DNA from: Eledone cirrhosa
Taxonomy: Eukaryota
DNA: 64,000 nt
NCBI GenBank assembly: GCA_964016885.1
Contig: OZ024744.1
Location: 119,288,001-119,352,000, forward strand
Direction: 5' to 3'
The notes under the pieces are model-generated. The model had not been told where the DNA came from. It did not search any database and was given only the letters and a program-made list of their open reading frames with translations. The position numbers and the translations under genes are program-made. The stretch's first letter is position 1, and the number at the start of each line of letters is the position of its first letter. Positions 1-11,800 of the stretch are shown here, piece after piece.

Positions 1-15
1 TTATTGTTGTTATTA

Positions 16-131
<116 letters not shown>

Positions 132-176
132 TTCTTCTTTTTTTTTTATTTATTTATTAATTTTTTTTTTTCTCCT

Positions 177-220
177 CGTGCAATGGCCATACTCGATAAC
201 GAGGGGGCAGCCATCATCAT
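177..220 (+). mobile_element. Short retroposon 3'-end remnant (RTE-like tail ending in CAT repeats)
   Basis: The 41 bp cgtgcaatggccatactcgataacgagggggcagccatcat at 177-217 is identical to 748-788. It ends in catcatcat, like the short tandem tails of RTE-clade elements. Family assignment is inference. Confidence 0.5.
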
Positions 221-240
221 GTATGCATGTACATATATAT

Positions 241-788
241 GTCGGGTCACTCTTGAGTGCTACTGGTAACATGTAACCCAGTACAACCTGTCTCATGGTC
301 GGGTCGTCGGCGACTAAACCAGAAACCTCACCAAGTTTACTTGGTGAGGAGGGTGATTTTGGACACCTTGCAGGACAAAAAACAAAACCTGACAAAAGGA
401 CGGAAGAACTCATAAGAGTCAACAGCCATCCAAAAGTGTGTAAATATGTATATACATATGTACATATGTATGTATATGTATATGTGTATATACATGGATG
501 CATGTGTATGAATATGCGCGGGGACATAGAAATAGTCGGGCTGGATACCCGATGGCATGGTTAAACCACTGGGAGTGAAGGACCCCTAGCTTTTGTCAGG
601 GCATTCTTCTAGGAGAAGGCAACTCAGGAAACTGTCGCTCAGAGAGTAGGATTGGCTCAGTGCACTGTCTTTCCTTATTTTAGAAAATATCTTCACGCAC
701 AGGCATTGCATGATAGAATTAATTAATAATGTTTAATAATGGTATAACGTGCAATGGCCATACTCGATAACGAGGGGGCAGCCATCAT
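241..788 (+). mobile_element. Putative non-autonomous RTE-derived retroposon (structured 5' leader plus 3' tail, no ORF), interrupted by a TA/TG-rich microsatellite
   Basis: Hairpin-rich leader at 245-350. The motif agggcattcttctaggagaaggcaactc (598-625) resembles, from recall, the RTE 5'UTR motif ggcaaccagtctaggagaaggaaaactc. The segment ends in the 41-bp tail that also occurs at 177-217. Boundaries are approximate. Confidence 0.45.
437..515. repeat. Degenerate (TA/TG/TATG)n microsatellite
   Basis: gtgtgtaaatatgtatatacatatgtacatatgtatgtatatgtatatgtgtatatacatg... Confidence 0.85.
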
Positions 789-811
789 ATGTATGTATGT
801 ATATAAGTATG

Positions 812-843
812 TTCTTCTGGTTATATAATTTCACAAATTTTTT
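812..843 (-). mobile_element. Extremely 5'-truncated (~32 bp) 3' end of the same LINE family as 2029-2577
   Basis: ttctggttatataatttcacaaatttttt differs by one base from ttctggttttataatttcacaaatttttt at 2029-2057. Both abut (GTAT)n on the left. Confidence 0.7.
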
Positions 844-872
844 ATGTATGTATATATATATATGTTAGTATG

Positions 873-1963
873 TTCTCTCTTTCTCTTAATTTCGAGTATA
901 TTTTTGACCGGCCACCTTCCTGGTGGCAAGGTTGTAAAAAAAAAGAAATTGAATCGCAAGAATGTTTTGCAAATTTTGAAGGTGCCAGCTATCGAAGTCA
1001 TACTTTGGTCCAAGCGGGTTGGTATATAACCCGTAGCTCCAATAATGATGGGTATGAAGCTAAAGGTGTATCTTGGATACTGGATTTGTAAACTCCTCAT
1101 CAATGGTCCGTAGATGTCCTCCTTATCCTGTATTTTTCTGACAATGTTTACATCAAGTGGGCAGCTGAACAAGTGGCAGCTCCACAACAGAACACGTTTT
1201 CAATGTGTGGTCCCAAACAACAATATCAGGCCGCTTGTGCTTTAATTTGGTGGCAGTTTTTATTTTCAGGTTCCACCAGTATTCCTTAGTGCCATCTGTC
1301 TCAATATATTTTTCCTCGTTTGTTTTTAATTTTGTTTTCCGAAGTGCGTTCCAGATAGTTCTAGCTATCCCATCGCGTCTCATGGGGAGGTAGTAGCGAG
1401 ATGACATTCTTTCGCAGCTGGCAACAATGTGGCTTACATCTTCGATCTTTGTTTTACATAGCCTGCATTTATTGTCAGCTGATGGCCCTCCTCTTTTATG
1501 CAGCAGATATTTGGTAGGGAGTTCTTGTTCCTGTATTGCATAGAGATATCCCTCAAGGTGTGATGTCATAAACTTGTCGGAACTCCATGCCAGGCGTTTT
1601 AAGTGGTTTATCCCCTCTATGGTCTGTGTGTTACGCCTCAAGTATCCATGCACAACTTTTTCTGTAAATTGGTCAATTTTTTCATCTTGTTTGAACATTG
1701 AATAGGATCTTCCGATTTCTCTGGGTGAGAGATTTATATCAGGCTTTATTCCATATCTCTCCTCCAGATCAGTCGCTATTCTAATGATATTTTTTTTCAT
1801 GCTCATAAACCTGGGCAAAATGGTTGCCAACCTTTTTCCTCTGTTGAAGGTGTTGCTTCAGTGTTACTATCCGGGTGTCATATGATGTTAATATGGATTT
1901 TAGACCCCGGCCACGTTCCTTGCGTGAGAAGTATAGCATATCCACATCGCCATTGATGTTAAA
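873..1963 (-). mobile_element. 5'-truncated, frameshifted non-LTR retrotransposon with restriction-like endonuclease (R4/Dong-like), C-terminal portion plus 3'UTR
   Basis: From 1963 the minus strand reads FNINGDVDMLYFSRKERGRGLKS, the post-RT 'LY..R..GGRGL' motif. After a frameshift come AIQEQELPT, a CCHC knuckle CRLCKTKIEDVSHIVASC, RRD (degenerate RHD), and the RLE motif RPDIVVWD..VVE. After a second frameshift come SCPLD..KIQDK..Y..L..PIIIGATG..KICKTFL. The RT core is absent. Confidence 0.9.
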
Positions 1964-2028
1964 GTATGTATGTATGTATGTATGTATGTATGTATGTATG
2001 TATGTATGTATGTATATATGTATGTATG
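1964..2028. repeat. (GTAT)n / (CATA)n tetranucleotide microsatellite
   Basis: Directly visible; separates two LINE remnants. Confidence 0.97.
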
Positions 2029-2577
2029 TTCTGGTTTTATAATTTCACAAATTTTTTCCCAATAAAGAGAGAGTCGGTTTCTAACATAGACACAAGACTC
2101 TCTCATTGGAATTTACACATCATCAACTAGGTAGATATGTATGTATGTATGTGTAGATACGGATGTTATTGTATGTGTGGATGTGTCTGTTTTGAGTTGT
2201 ATGTGTGCATGTGTATATGCTTTGTATCTGTACATGTGTATATGCAGTTATTAAATGCAAAATTTTTGGAATGTTTTACATATTTTTACTGTTCCATTAA
2301 TGGATTGTACTTGTAGTTTCATAACTAGTTGTGTTCTTTCTGTTCCTGTGAAGCCTAGCTTCTCAAGATTTGTATTGAGGCAGTTACTAACATACCTCAG
2401 GGCCATAATAATCACAGGCATAAATCTGAAGGTGTAATCAGGGTGGAGTATCTGCAGATTTCTCATCAGTTCTGCATAAATATTCTCCTTTTCGCTAATC
2501 TTTGATATTATATTGGCATCTGCTGGGCAGCTAACTTCCACTACTGTGCATGCCTTCTTCTCCCTGTCCCATATCAT
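2029..2577 (-). mobile_element. Second 5'-truncated RLE-type LINE (R4/Dong-like, different subfamily): endonuclease C-terminus plus 3'UTR with terminal stem-loop
   Basis: ORF 2251-2613 reads IWDREKKACTVVEVSCPAD..KISEKENIYAELMRNLQ..PVII..GTVKICKTFQKF, clearly homologous to the C-terminus of the 873-1963 element. The 5' junction abuts (CATA)n at ~2578 and the 3' end abuts (CATA)n at 2028. Confidence 0.88.
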
Positions 2578-2797
2578 ATGTATGTATGTATGTGTGTATA
2601 TGTTTATGGACACAATGGTTCAGAATTTAACTTCACTACCATTAGGTCCCAAGTTCAAACCCACCATATCATTACATAGGATATATATTCAAAACATTTT
2701 ATAAGTTGGGAGGGGGGTCTAAATATTTAATAACCTAGATGAGGTGGGGAGAGGGATATGCTTTTGGAAGGCATGCGAGTAATTGACTGTTACTTAC

Positions 2798-2818
2798 AAT
2801 AAGAGTTTCACTGAGAGT
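2798..2818 (-). other. Candidate 21-nt micro-exon of an unidentified host transcript
   Basis: Minus strand reads ccttatttatctgtgtccAG|ACTCTCAGTGAAACTCTTATT|GTAAGT: a pyrimidine-rich acceptor and a perfect consensus donor. No transcript evidence is available. Confidence 0.3.
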
Positions 2819-2854
2819 CTGGACACAGATAAATAAGGTTTGACTGTTTTGAAA

Positions 2855-5800
2855 AGTAGTGGTCAGTTGTCAGTTACTAGTGGTCAACTGTCAGTTAGTA
2901 GTGGTCAGTTGTCAGTTAATAGTGGTCAGTTGTCAGTTACTAGTGGTCAGTTGTCAGTTAATAGTGGTCAGTTGTCATTTACTAGTGGTCAACTGTCAGT
3001 TACTAGTGGCCAGTTGTCAGTTACTAGTGGTCAGTTGTCAGTTAATAGGGGTCAGTTGTCATTTACTAGTGGTCAACTGTCAGTTACTAGTGGCCAGTTG
3101 TCAGTTACTAGTGGTCAGTTGTCAGTTAATAGGGGTCAGTTGTCATTTACTAGTGGTCAACTGTCAGTTACTAGTGGCCAGTTGTCAGTTACTAGTGGTC
3201 AGTTGTCAGTTAATAGGGGTCAGTTGTCATTTACTAGTGGTCAACTGTCAGTTACTAGTGGCCAGTTGTCAGTTACTAGTGGTCAGTTGTCAGTTAATAG
3301 TGGTCAGTTGTCATTTACTAGTGGTCAACTGTCAGTTACTAGTGGCCAGTTGTCAGTTACTAGTGGTCAGTTGTCAGTTAATAGGGGTCAGTTGTCATTT
3401 ACTAGTGGTCAACTGTCAGTTACTAGTGGTCAGTTGTCAGTTACTAGTGGTCAGTTGTCAGTTACTAGTGGTCAGTTGTCAGTTACTTGTGGTCAGTTGT
3501 AGGTTACTAGTAGTCAGTTGTGAGTTCTAGTGGTCAGTTGTCAGTTACTAGTGGTCAGTTGTCAGTTACTAGTGGTCAGTTGTAAGTTACTAGTAGTCAG
3601 TTGTGAGTTCTAGTGGTCAGTTGTCAGTTACTAGTGGTCAGTTGTCAGTTACTAGTGGTCAGCTGTCAGTTACTAGTGGTCAGTTGTCAGTTACTAGTGG
3701 TCAACTGTCAGTTACTAGTGGTCAGTTACTAGTGGTCAGTTGTCAGTTACTAGTGGTCAGTTGTCAGTTACTAGTGGTCAACTGTCAGTTACTAGTGGTC
3801 AGTTGTCAATTAATAGTAGTCAGTTGTGAGTTCTAGTGGTCAGTTGTCAGTTAATAGTGGTCAGTTGTCATTTACTAGTGGTCAACTGTCAGTTACTAGT
3901 GGCCAGTTGTCAGTTACTAGTGGTCAGTTGTCAGTTAATAGTGGTCAGTTGTCATTTACTAGTGGTCAACTGTCAGTTACTAGTGGCCAGTTGTCAGTTA
4001 CTAGTGGTCAGTTGTCAGTTAATAGGGGTCAGTTGTCATTTACTAGTGGTCAACTGTCAGTTACTAGTGGTCAGTTGTCAGTTACTAGTGGTCAGTTGTC
4101 AGTTACTAGTGGTCAGTTGTCAGTTACTTGTGGTCAGTTGTAGGTTACTAGTAGTCAGTTGTGAGTTCTAGTGGTCAGTTGTCAGTTACTAGTGGTCAGT
4201 TGTCAGTTACTAGTGGTCAGTTGTAAGTTACTAGTAGTCAGTTGTGAGTTCTAGTGGTCAGTTGTCAGTTACTAGTGGTCAGTTGTCAGTTACTAGTGGT
4301 CAGCTGTCAGTTACTAGTGGTCAGTTGTCAGTTACTAGTGGTCAACTGTCAGTTACTAGTGGTCAGTTACTAGTGGTCAGTTGTCAGTTACTAGTGGTCA
4401 GTTGTCAGTTACTAGTGGTCAACTGTCAGTTACTAGTGGTCAGTTGTCAATTAATAGTAGTCAGTTGTGAGTTCTAGTGGTCAGTTGTCATTTACTAGTG
4501 GTCAACTGTCAGTTACTAGTGGCCAGTTGTCAGTTACTAGTGGTCAGTTGTCAGTTACTAGGGGTCAGTTGTCAGTTAATAGTAGACAGTTGTGAGTTCT
4601 AGTGGTCAGTTGTCAGTTACTAGTGGTCAGTTGTCAGTTACTAGTGGTCAGCTGTCAGTTACTAGTGGTCAGTTGTCAGTTACTAGTGGTCAGTTGCCAG
4701 TTACTAGTGGTTAGTTGTCAGTTACTAGTGGTCAACTGTCAGTTACTAGTGGTCAGTTGTCAGTTAATAGTAGTCAGTTGTGAGTTCTAGTGGTCAGTTG
4801 TCAGTTACTAGTGGTCAGCTGTCAGTTACTAGTGGTCAGTTGTCAGTTACTAGTGGTCAGTTGTCAGTTACTAGGGGTCAGTTGTCAGTTACTAGTTGTC
4901 AACTGTCAGTTACTAGTGGTCAGTTGTCAGTTACTAGTGGTCAGCTGTCAGTTACTAGTGGTCAGTTGTCAGTTACTAGTGGTCAGTTGTCAGTTACTAG
5001 TGGTCAACTGTCAGTTACTAGTGGTCAGTTGTCAGTTACTAGTGGTCAGTTGTCAGTTACTAGTGGTCATCTGTCAGTTACTAGTGGTCAGTTGTCAGTT
5101 ACTAGTGGTCAGTTGTCAGTTACTAGTGGTCAGCTGTCAGTTACTAGTGGTCAACTGTCAGTTACTAGTGGTTAGTTGTCAGTTACTAGTAGTCAACTGT
5201 CAGTTACTAGTGGTCAGTTGTCAGTTACTAGTGCTCAGTTGTTAGTTAGTAGTGGTCAGTTGTCAGTTACTAGTGGTCAGTTGTCAGTTACTAGTGGTCA
5301 GTTGTCAGTTACTAGTGTTCAACTGTCAGTTACTAGTGGTCAGTTGTCAGTTACTAGTGGTCAGTTGTCAGTTACTAGTGGTCAGTTGTCAGTTACAAGG
5401 GGTCAGTTGTCAGTTACTAGTGGTCAGTTGTCAGTTACTAGTGGTCAGTTGTCAGTTACTAGTGTTCAACTGTCAGTTACTAGTGGTCAGTTGTCAGTTA
5501 CTAGTGGTCAACTGTCAGTTACTAGTGGTCAGTTGTCAGTTACTAGTGGTCAACTGTCAGTTACTAGTGGTTAGTTGTCAGTTACTAGTGGTCAACTGTC
5601 AGTTACTAGTGGTCAGTTGTGAGTTACTAGTGGTAAGTTGTCAGTTACTAGTGGTCAGTTGTGAGTTACTAGTGGTAAGTTGTCAGTTACTAGTGGTCAG
5701 TTGTGAATTACTAGTGGTCAGTTGTCAGTTACTAGTGGTCAGTTACTAGCAGTCAGTTGTCAGTTACTAGCAGTCAGTTGTCAGTTACTAGTGGTCAGTT

Positions 5801-8800
5801 GTCAGTTACTAGGGGTCAGGTGTCAGTTACTAGTGATGAGTTGTCAGTTACTAGGGGTCAGTTGTCAGTTACTAGTGGTCAACTGTTAGTTACTAGTGGT
5901 CAGTTGTCAGTTACTAGTGGTCAGCTGTTAGTTACTAGTGGTCAGTTGTCAGTTACTAGTGCTCAGCTGTCAGTTACTAGTGGTCAGTTGTCAGTTACTA
6001 GTGGTCAGCTGTCAGTTACTAGTGGTCAGTTGTCAGTTACTAGTGGTCAACTGTCAGTTACTAGTGGTCAGTTGTCAGTTACTAGTGGTCAACTGTCAGT
6101 TACTAGTGGTCAGTTGTCAGTTACTAGTGGTCAACTGTCAGTTACTAGTGGTCAGTTGTCAGTTACTAGTGGTCAACTGTCAGTTACTAGTGGTCAGCTG
6201 CCAGTTACTAGTGGTCAGTTGTCAGTTACTAGTGGTCAACTGTCAGTTACTAGTGGTCAGTTGTCAGTTACTAGTGGTCAACTGTCAGTTACTAGTGGTC
6301 AGTTGTCAGTTACTAGTGGTCAGCTGTCAGTTACTAGTGGTCAGTTGTCAGTTACTAGTGGTCAGCTGTCAGTTACTAGTGGTCAGTTGTCAGTTACTAA
6401 TGGTCAACTGTCAGTTACTAGTGGTCAGTTGTCAGTTACTAGTGGTCAACTGTCAGTTACTAGTGTTCAACTGTCAGTTACTAATGGTCAACTATCAGTT
6501 ACTAGTGGTCAGTTGTCAGTTACTAGTGCTCAGTTGTCAGTTAGTAGTGGTCAGTTGTCAGTTACTAGTGGTCAGTTGTCAGTTACTAGTGGTCAGTTGT
6601 CAGTTACTAGTGGTCAGTTGTCAGTTACTAGTGGTCAACTGTCAGTTACTAGGGGTCAGTTGTCAGTTACTAGTGGTCAGTTGTCAGTTACTAGTTGTCA
6701 ACTGTCAGTTACTAGTGGTCAGTTGTCAGTTACTAGTGGTCAGTTGTCAGTTACTAGTGGTCAGTTGTCAGTTACTAGTGGTCAGTTGTCAGTTACTAGT
6801 GGTCAACTGTCAGTTACTAGGGGTCAGTTGTCAGTTACTAGTGGTCAGTTGTCAGTTACTAGTTGTCAACTGTCAGTTACTAGTGGTCAGTTGTCAGTTA
6901 CTAGTGGTCAGTTGTCAGTTACTAGTGGTCAGTTGTCAGTTATTAGTGGTCAGTTGTCAGTTACTAGTGGTCAACTGTCAGTTACTAGTGGTCAGTTGTC
7001 AGTTACTAGTGGTCAGTTGTCAGTTACTAGTGGTCAGTTGTCAGTTACTAGGGGTCAGTTGTCAGTTACTAGTGGTCAGTTGTCAGTTACTAGTGGTCAG
7101 TTGTCAGTTACTAGTGGTCAACTGTCAGTTACTAGGGGTCAGTTGTCAGTTACTAGTGGTCAGTTGTCAGTTACTAGTTGTCAACTGTCAGTTACTAGTG
7201 GTCAGTTGTCAGTTACTAGTGGTCAGTTGTCAGTTACTAGTGGTCAGTTGTCAGTTACTAGTGGTCAGTTGTCAGTTACTAGTGGTCAACTGTCAGTTAC
7301 TAGTGGTTAGTTGTCAGTTACTAGTGGTCAACTGTCAGTTACTAGTGGTCAGTTGTCAGTTACTAGTGGTCAACTGTCAGTTACTAGTGGTCAGTTGTCA
7401 ATTACTAGTGGTCAGTTGTCAGTTACTAGTGGTCAGTTGTCAGTTACTAGTGGTCAGTTGTCAGTTACTAGTGGTCAGTTGTCAGTTACTAGTGGTCAGT
7501 TGTCAGTTTCTAGTGGTCAGTTACTAGCAGTCAGTTGTCAGTTACTAGCAGTCAGTTGTCAGTAACTAGTGGTCAGTTGTCAGTTACTAGTGGTCAACTG
7601 TCAGTTACTAGGGGTCAGTTGTCAGTTACTAGTGGTCAGTTGTCAGTTACTAGTGGTCAGTTGTCAGTTACTAGTGGTCAGTTGTCAGTTACTAGTGGTC
7701 AGTTGTCAGTTACTAGTGGTCAGTTGTCAGTTACTAGTGGTCAACTGTCAGTTACTAGTGGTTAGTTGTCAGTTACTAGTGTTCAACTGTCAGTTACTAG
7801 TGGTCAGTTGTCAGTTACTAGTGGTCAGTTGTCAGTTACTAGTGGTCAGTTGTCAGTTACAAGGGGTCAGTTGTCAGTTACTAGTGGTCAGTTGTCAGTT
7901 ACTAGTGGTCAGTTGTCAGTTACTAGTGTTCAACTGTCAGTTACTAGTGGTCAGTTGTCAGTTACTAGTGGTCAACTGTCAGTTACTAGTGGTCAGTTGT
8001 CAGTTACTAGTGGTCAACTGTCAGTTACTAGTGGTTAGTTGTCAGTTACTAGTGGTCAACTGTCAGTTACTAGTGGTCAGTTGTGAGTTACTAGTGGTAA
8101 GTTCTCAGTTACTAGTCGTCAGTTGTGAGTTACTAGTGGTAAGTTGTCAGTTACTAGTGGTCAGTTGTGAATTACTAGTGGTCAGTTGTCAGTTACTAGT
8201 GGTCAGTTACTAGCAGTCAGTTGTCAGTTACTAGCAGTCAGTTGTCAGTTACTAGTGGTCAGTTGTCAGTTACTAGGAGTCAGGTGTCAGTTACTAGTGA
8301 TGAGTTGTCAGTTACTAGGGGTCAGTTGTCAGTTACTAGTGGTCAACTGTTAGTTACTAGTGGTCAGTTGTCAGTTACTAGTGGTCAGCTGTTAGTTACT
8401 AGTGGTCAGTTGTCAGTTACTAGTGGTCAGCTGTCAGTTACTAGTGGTCAGCTGTCAGTTACTAGTGCTCAGCTGTCAGTTACTAGTGGTCAGTTGTCAG
8501 TTACTAGTGGTCAGCTGTCAGTTACTAGTGGTCAGTTGTCAGTTACTAGTGGTCAACTGTCAGTTACTAGTGGTCAGTTGTCAGTTACTAGTGGTCAACT
8601 GTCAGTTACTAGTGGTCAGTTGTCAGTTACTAGTGGTCAACTGTCAGTTACTAGTGGTCAGCTGCCAGTTACTAGTGGTCAGTTGTCAGTTACTAGTGGT
8701 CAACTGTCAGTTACTAGTGGTCAGTTGTCAGTTACTAGTGGTCAACTGTCAGTTACTAGTGGTCAGTTGTCAGTTACTAGTGGTGAGCTGTCAGTTACTA

Positions 8801-11800
8801 GTGGTCAGTTGTCAGTTACTAGTGGTCAGCTGTCAGTTACTAGTGGTCAGTTGTCAGTTACTAATGGTCAACTGTCAGTTACTAGTGGTCAGTTGTCAGT
8901 TACTAGTGGTCAACTGTCAGTTACTAGTGTTCAACTGTCAGTTACTAATGGTCAACTATCAGTTACTAGTGGTCAGTTGTCAGTTACTAGTGCTCAGTTG
9001 TCAGTTAGTAGTGGTCAGTTGTCAGTTACTAGTGGTCAGTTGTCAGTTACTAGTGGTCAGTTGTCAGTTACTAGTGGTCAGTTGTCAGTTACTAGTGGTC
9101 AACTGTCAGTTACTAGGGGTCAGTTGTCAGTTACTAGTGGTCAGTTGTCAGTTACTAGTTGTCAACTGTCAGTTACTAGTGGTCAGTTGTCAGTTACTAG
9201 TGGTCAGTTGTCAGTTACTAGTGGTCAGTTGTCAGTTACTAGTGGTCAGTTGTCAGTTACTAGTGGTCAACTGTCAGTTACTAGGGGTCAGTTGTCAGTT
9301 ACTAGTGGTCAGTTGTCAGTTACTAGTTGTCAACTGTCAGTTACTAGTGGTCAGTTGTCAGTTACTAGTGGTCAGTTGTCAGTTACTAGTGGTCAGTTGT
9401 CAGTTATTAGTGGTCAGTTGTCAGTTACTAGTGGTCAACTGTCAGTTACTAGTGGTCAGTTGTCAGTTACTAGTGGTCAGTTGTCAGTTACTAGTGGTCA
9501 GTTGTCAGTTACTAGGGGTCAGTTGTCAGTTACTAGTGGTCAGTTGTCAGTTACTAGTGTTCAACTGTCAGTTACTAGTGGTTAGTTGTCAGTTACTAGT
9601 GGTCAACTGTCAGTTACTAGTGGTCAGTTGTCAGTTACTAGTGGTCAACTGTCAGTTACTAGTGGTCAGTTGTCAATTACTAGTGGTCAGTTGTCAGTTA
9701 CTAGTGGTCAGTTGTCAGTTACTAGTGGTCAGTTGTCAGTTACTAGTGGTCAGTTGTCAGTTACTAGTGGTCAGTTGTCAGTTTCTAGTGGTCAGTTACT
9801 AGCAGTCAGTTGTCAGTTACTAGCAGTCAGTTGTCAGTTACTAGTGGTCAGTTGTCAGTTACTAGGGGTCAGGTGTCAGTTACTAGTGATGAGTTGTCAG
9901 TTACTACGGGTCAGTTGTCAGTTACTAGTGGTCAACTGTCAGTTACTAGTGGTCAGTTGTCAGTTACTAGTGGTCAGTTGTCAGTTAGTAGTGGTCAGCT
10001 GTCAGTTACTAGTGGTCAGTTGTCAGTTACTAGTGGTCAGTTGTCAGTTACTAGTGGTCAGTTGTCAGTTACTAGGGGTCAGTTGTCAGTTACTAGTGGT
10101 CAACTGTCAGTTACTAGTGGTCAGTTGTCAGTTACTAGTGGTCAGCTGTCAGTTACTAGTGGTCAGTTGTCAGTTACTAGTGGTCAGCTGTCAGTTACTA
10201 GTGGTCAACTGTCAGTTACTAGTGGTCAGTTGTCAGTTACTAGTGGTCAGTTGTCAGTTACTAGTGGTCAGCTGTCAGTTACTAGTGGTCAGTTGTCAGT
10301 TACTAGTGGTCAGTTGTCAGTTACTAGTGGTCAGCTGTCAGTTACTAGTGGTCAACTGTCAGTTACTAGTGGTTAGTTGTCAGTTACTAGTGGTCAACTG
10401 TCAGTTACTAGTGGTCAGTTGTCAGTTACTAGTGCTCAGTTGTCAGTTAGTAGTGGTCAGTTGTCAGTTACTAGTGGTCAGTTGTCAGTTACTAGTGGTC
10501 AGTTGTCAGTTACTAGTGTTCAACTGTCAGTTACTAGTGGTCAGTTGTCAGTTACTAGTGGTCAGTTGTCAGTTACAAGGGGTCAGTTGTCAGTTACTAG
10601 TGGTCAGTTGTCAGTTACTAGTGGTCAGTTGTCAGTTACTAGTGTTCAACTGTCAGTTACTAGTGGTCAGTTTTCAGTTACTAGTGGTCAACTGTCAGTT
10701 ACTAGTGGTCAGTTGTCAGTTACTAGTGGTCAACTGTCAGTTACTAGTGGTTAGTTGTCAGTTACTAGTGGTCAACTGTCAGTTACTAGGGGTCAGTTGT
10801 GAGTTACTAGTGGTAAGTTGTCAGTTACTAGTGGTCAGTTGTGAATTACTAGTGGTCAGTTGTCAGTTACTAGTGGTCAGTTACTAGCAGTCAGTTGTCA
10901 GTTACTAGCAGTCAGTTGTCAGTTACTAGTGGTCAGTTGTCAGTTACTAGGGGTCAGGTGTCAGTTACTAGTGATGAGTTGTCAGTTACTAGGGGTCAGT
11001 TGTCAGTTACTAGTGGTCAACTGTTAGTTACTAGTGGTCAGTTGTCAGTTACTAGTGGTCAGCTGTTAGTTACTAGTGGTCAGTTGTCAGTTACTAGTGC
11101 TCAGCTGTCAGTTACTAGTGGTCAGTTGTCAGTTACTAGTGGTCAGCTGTCAGTTACTAGTGGTCAGTTGTCAGTTACTAGTGGTCAACTGTCAGTTACT
11201 AGTGGTCAGTTGTCAGTTACTAGTGGTCAACTGTCAGTTACTAGTGGTCAGTTGTCAGTTACTTGTGGTCAACTGCCAGTTACTAGTGGTCAGCTGTCAG
11301 TTACTAGTGGTCAACTGTCAGTTACTAGTGGTCAGCTGTCAGTTACTAGTGGTCAGTTGTCAGTTACTAGTGGTCAACTGTCAGTTACTAGTGGTCAGTT
11401 GTCAGTTACTAGTGGTCAACTGTCAGTTACTAGTGGTCAGTTGTCAGTTACTAGTGGTCAGCTGTCAGTTACTAGTGGTCAGTTGTCAGTTACTAGTGGT
11501 CAGCTGTCAGTTACTAGTGGTCAGTTGTCAGTTACTAGTGGTCAACTGTCAGTTACTAGTGGTCAGTTGTCAGTTACTAGTGGTCAACTGTCAGTTACTA
11601 GTGTTCAACTGTCAGTTACTAGTGGTCAACTGTCAGTTACTAGTGGTCAGTTGTCAGTTACTAGTGCTCAGTTGTCAGTTAGTAGTGGTCAGTTGTCAGT
11701 TACTAGTGGTCAGTTGTCAGTTACTAGTGGTCAGTTGTCAGTTACTAGTGGTCAGTTGTCAGTTACTAGTGGTCAACTGTCAGTTACTAGGGGTCAGTTG

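Noticed and set aside
245-322. HDV-like ribozyme (acc-tgtctcat-ggt as P3/L3, gtcg-tcgg-cgac as P4, CTAA as J4/2)
   Set aside because: I could not assemble P1, P2 and P1.1 in the required order by eye. It is left as a test on the family consensus rather than a call.
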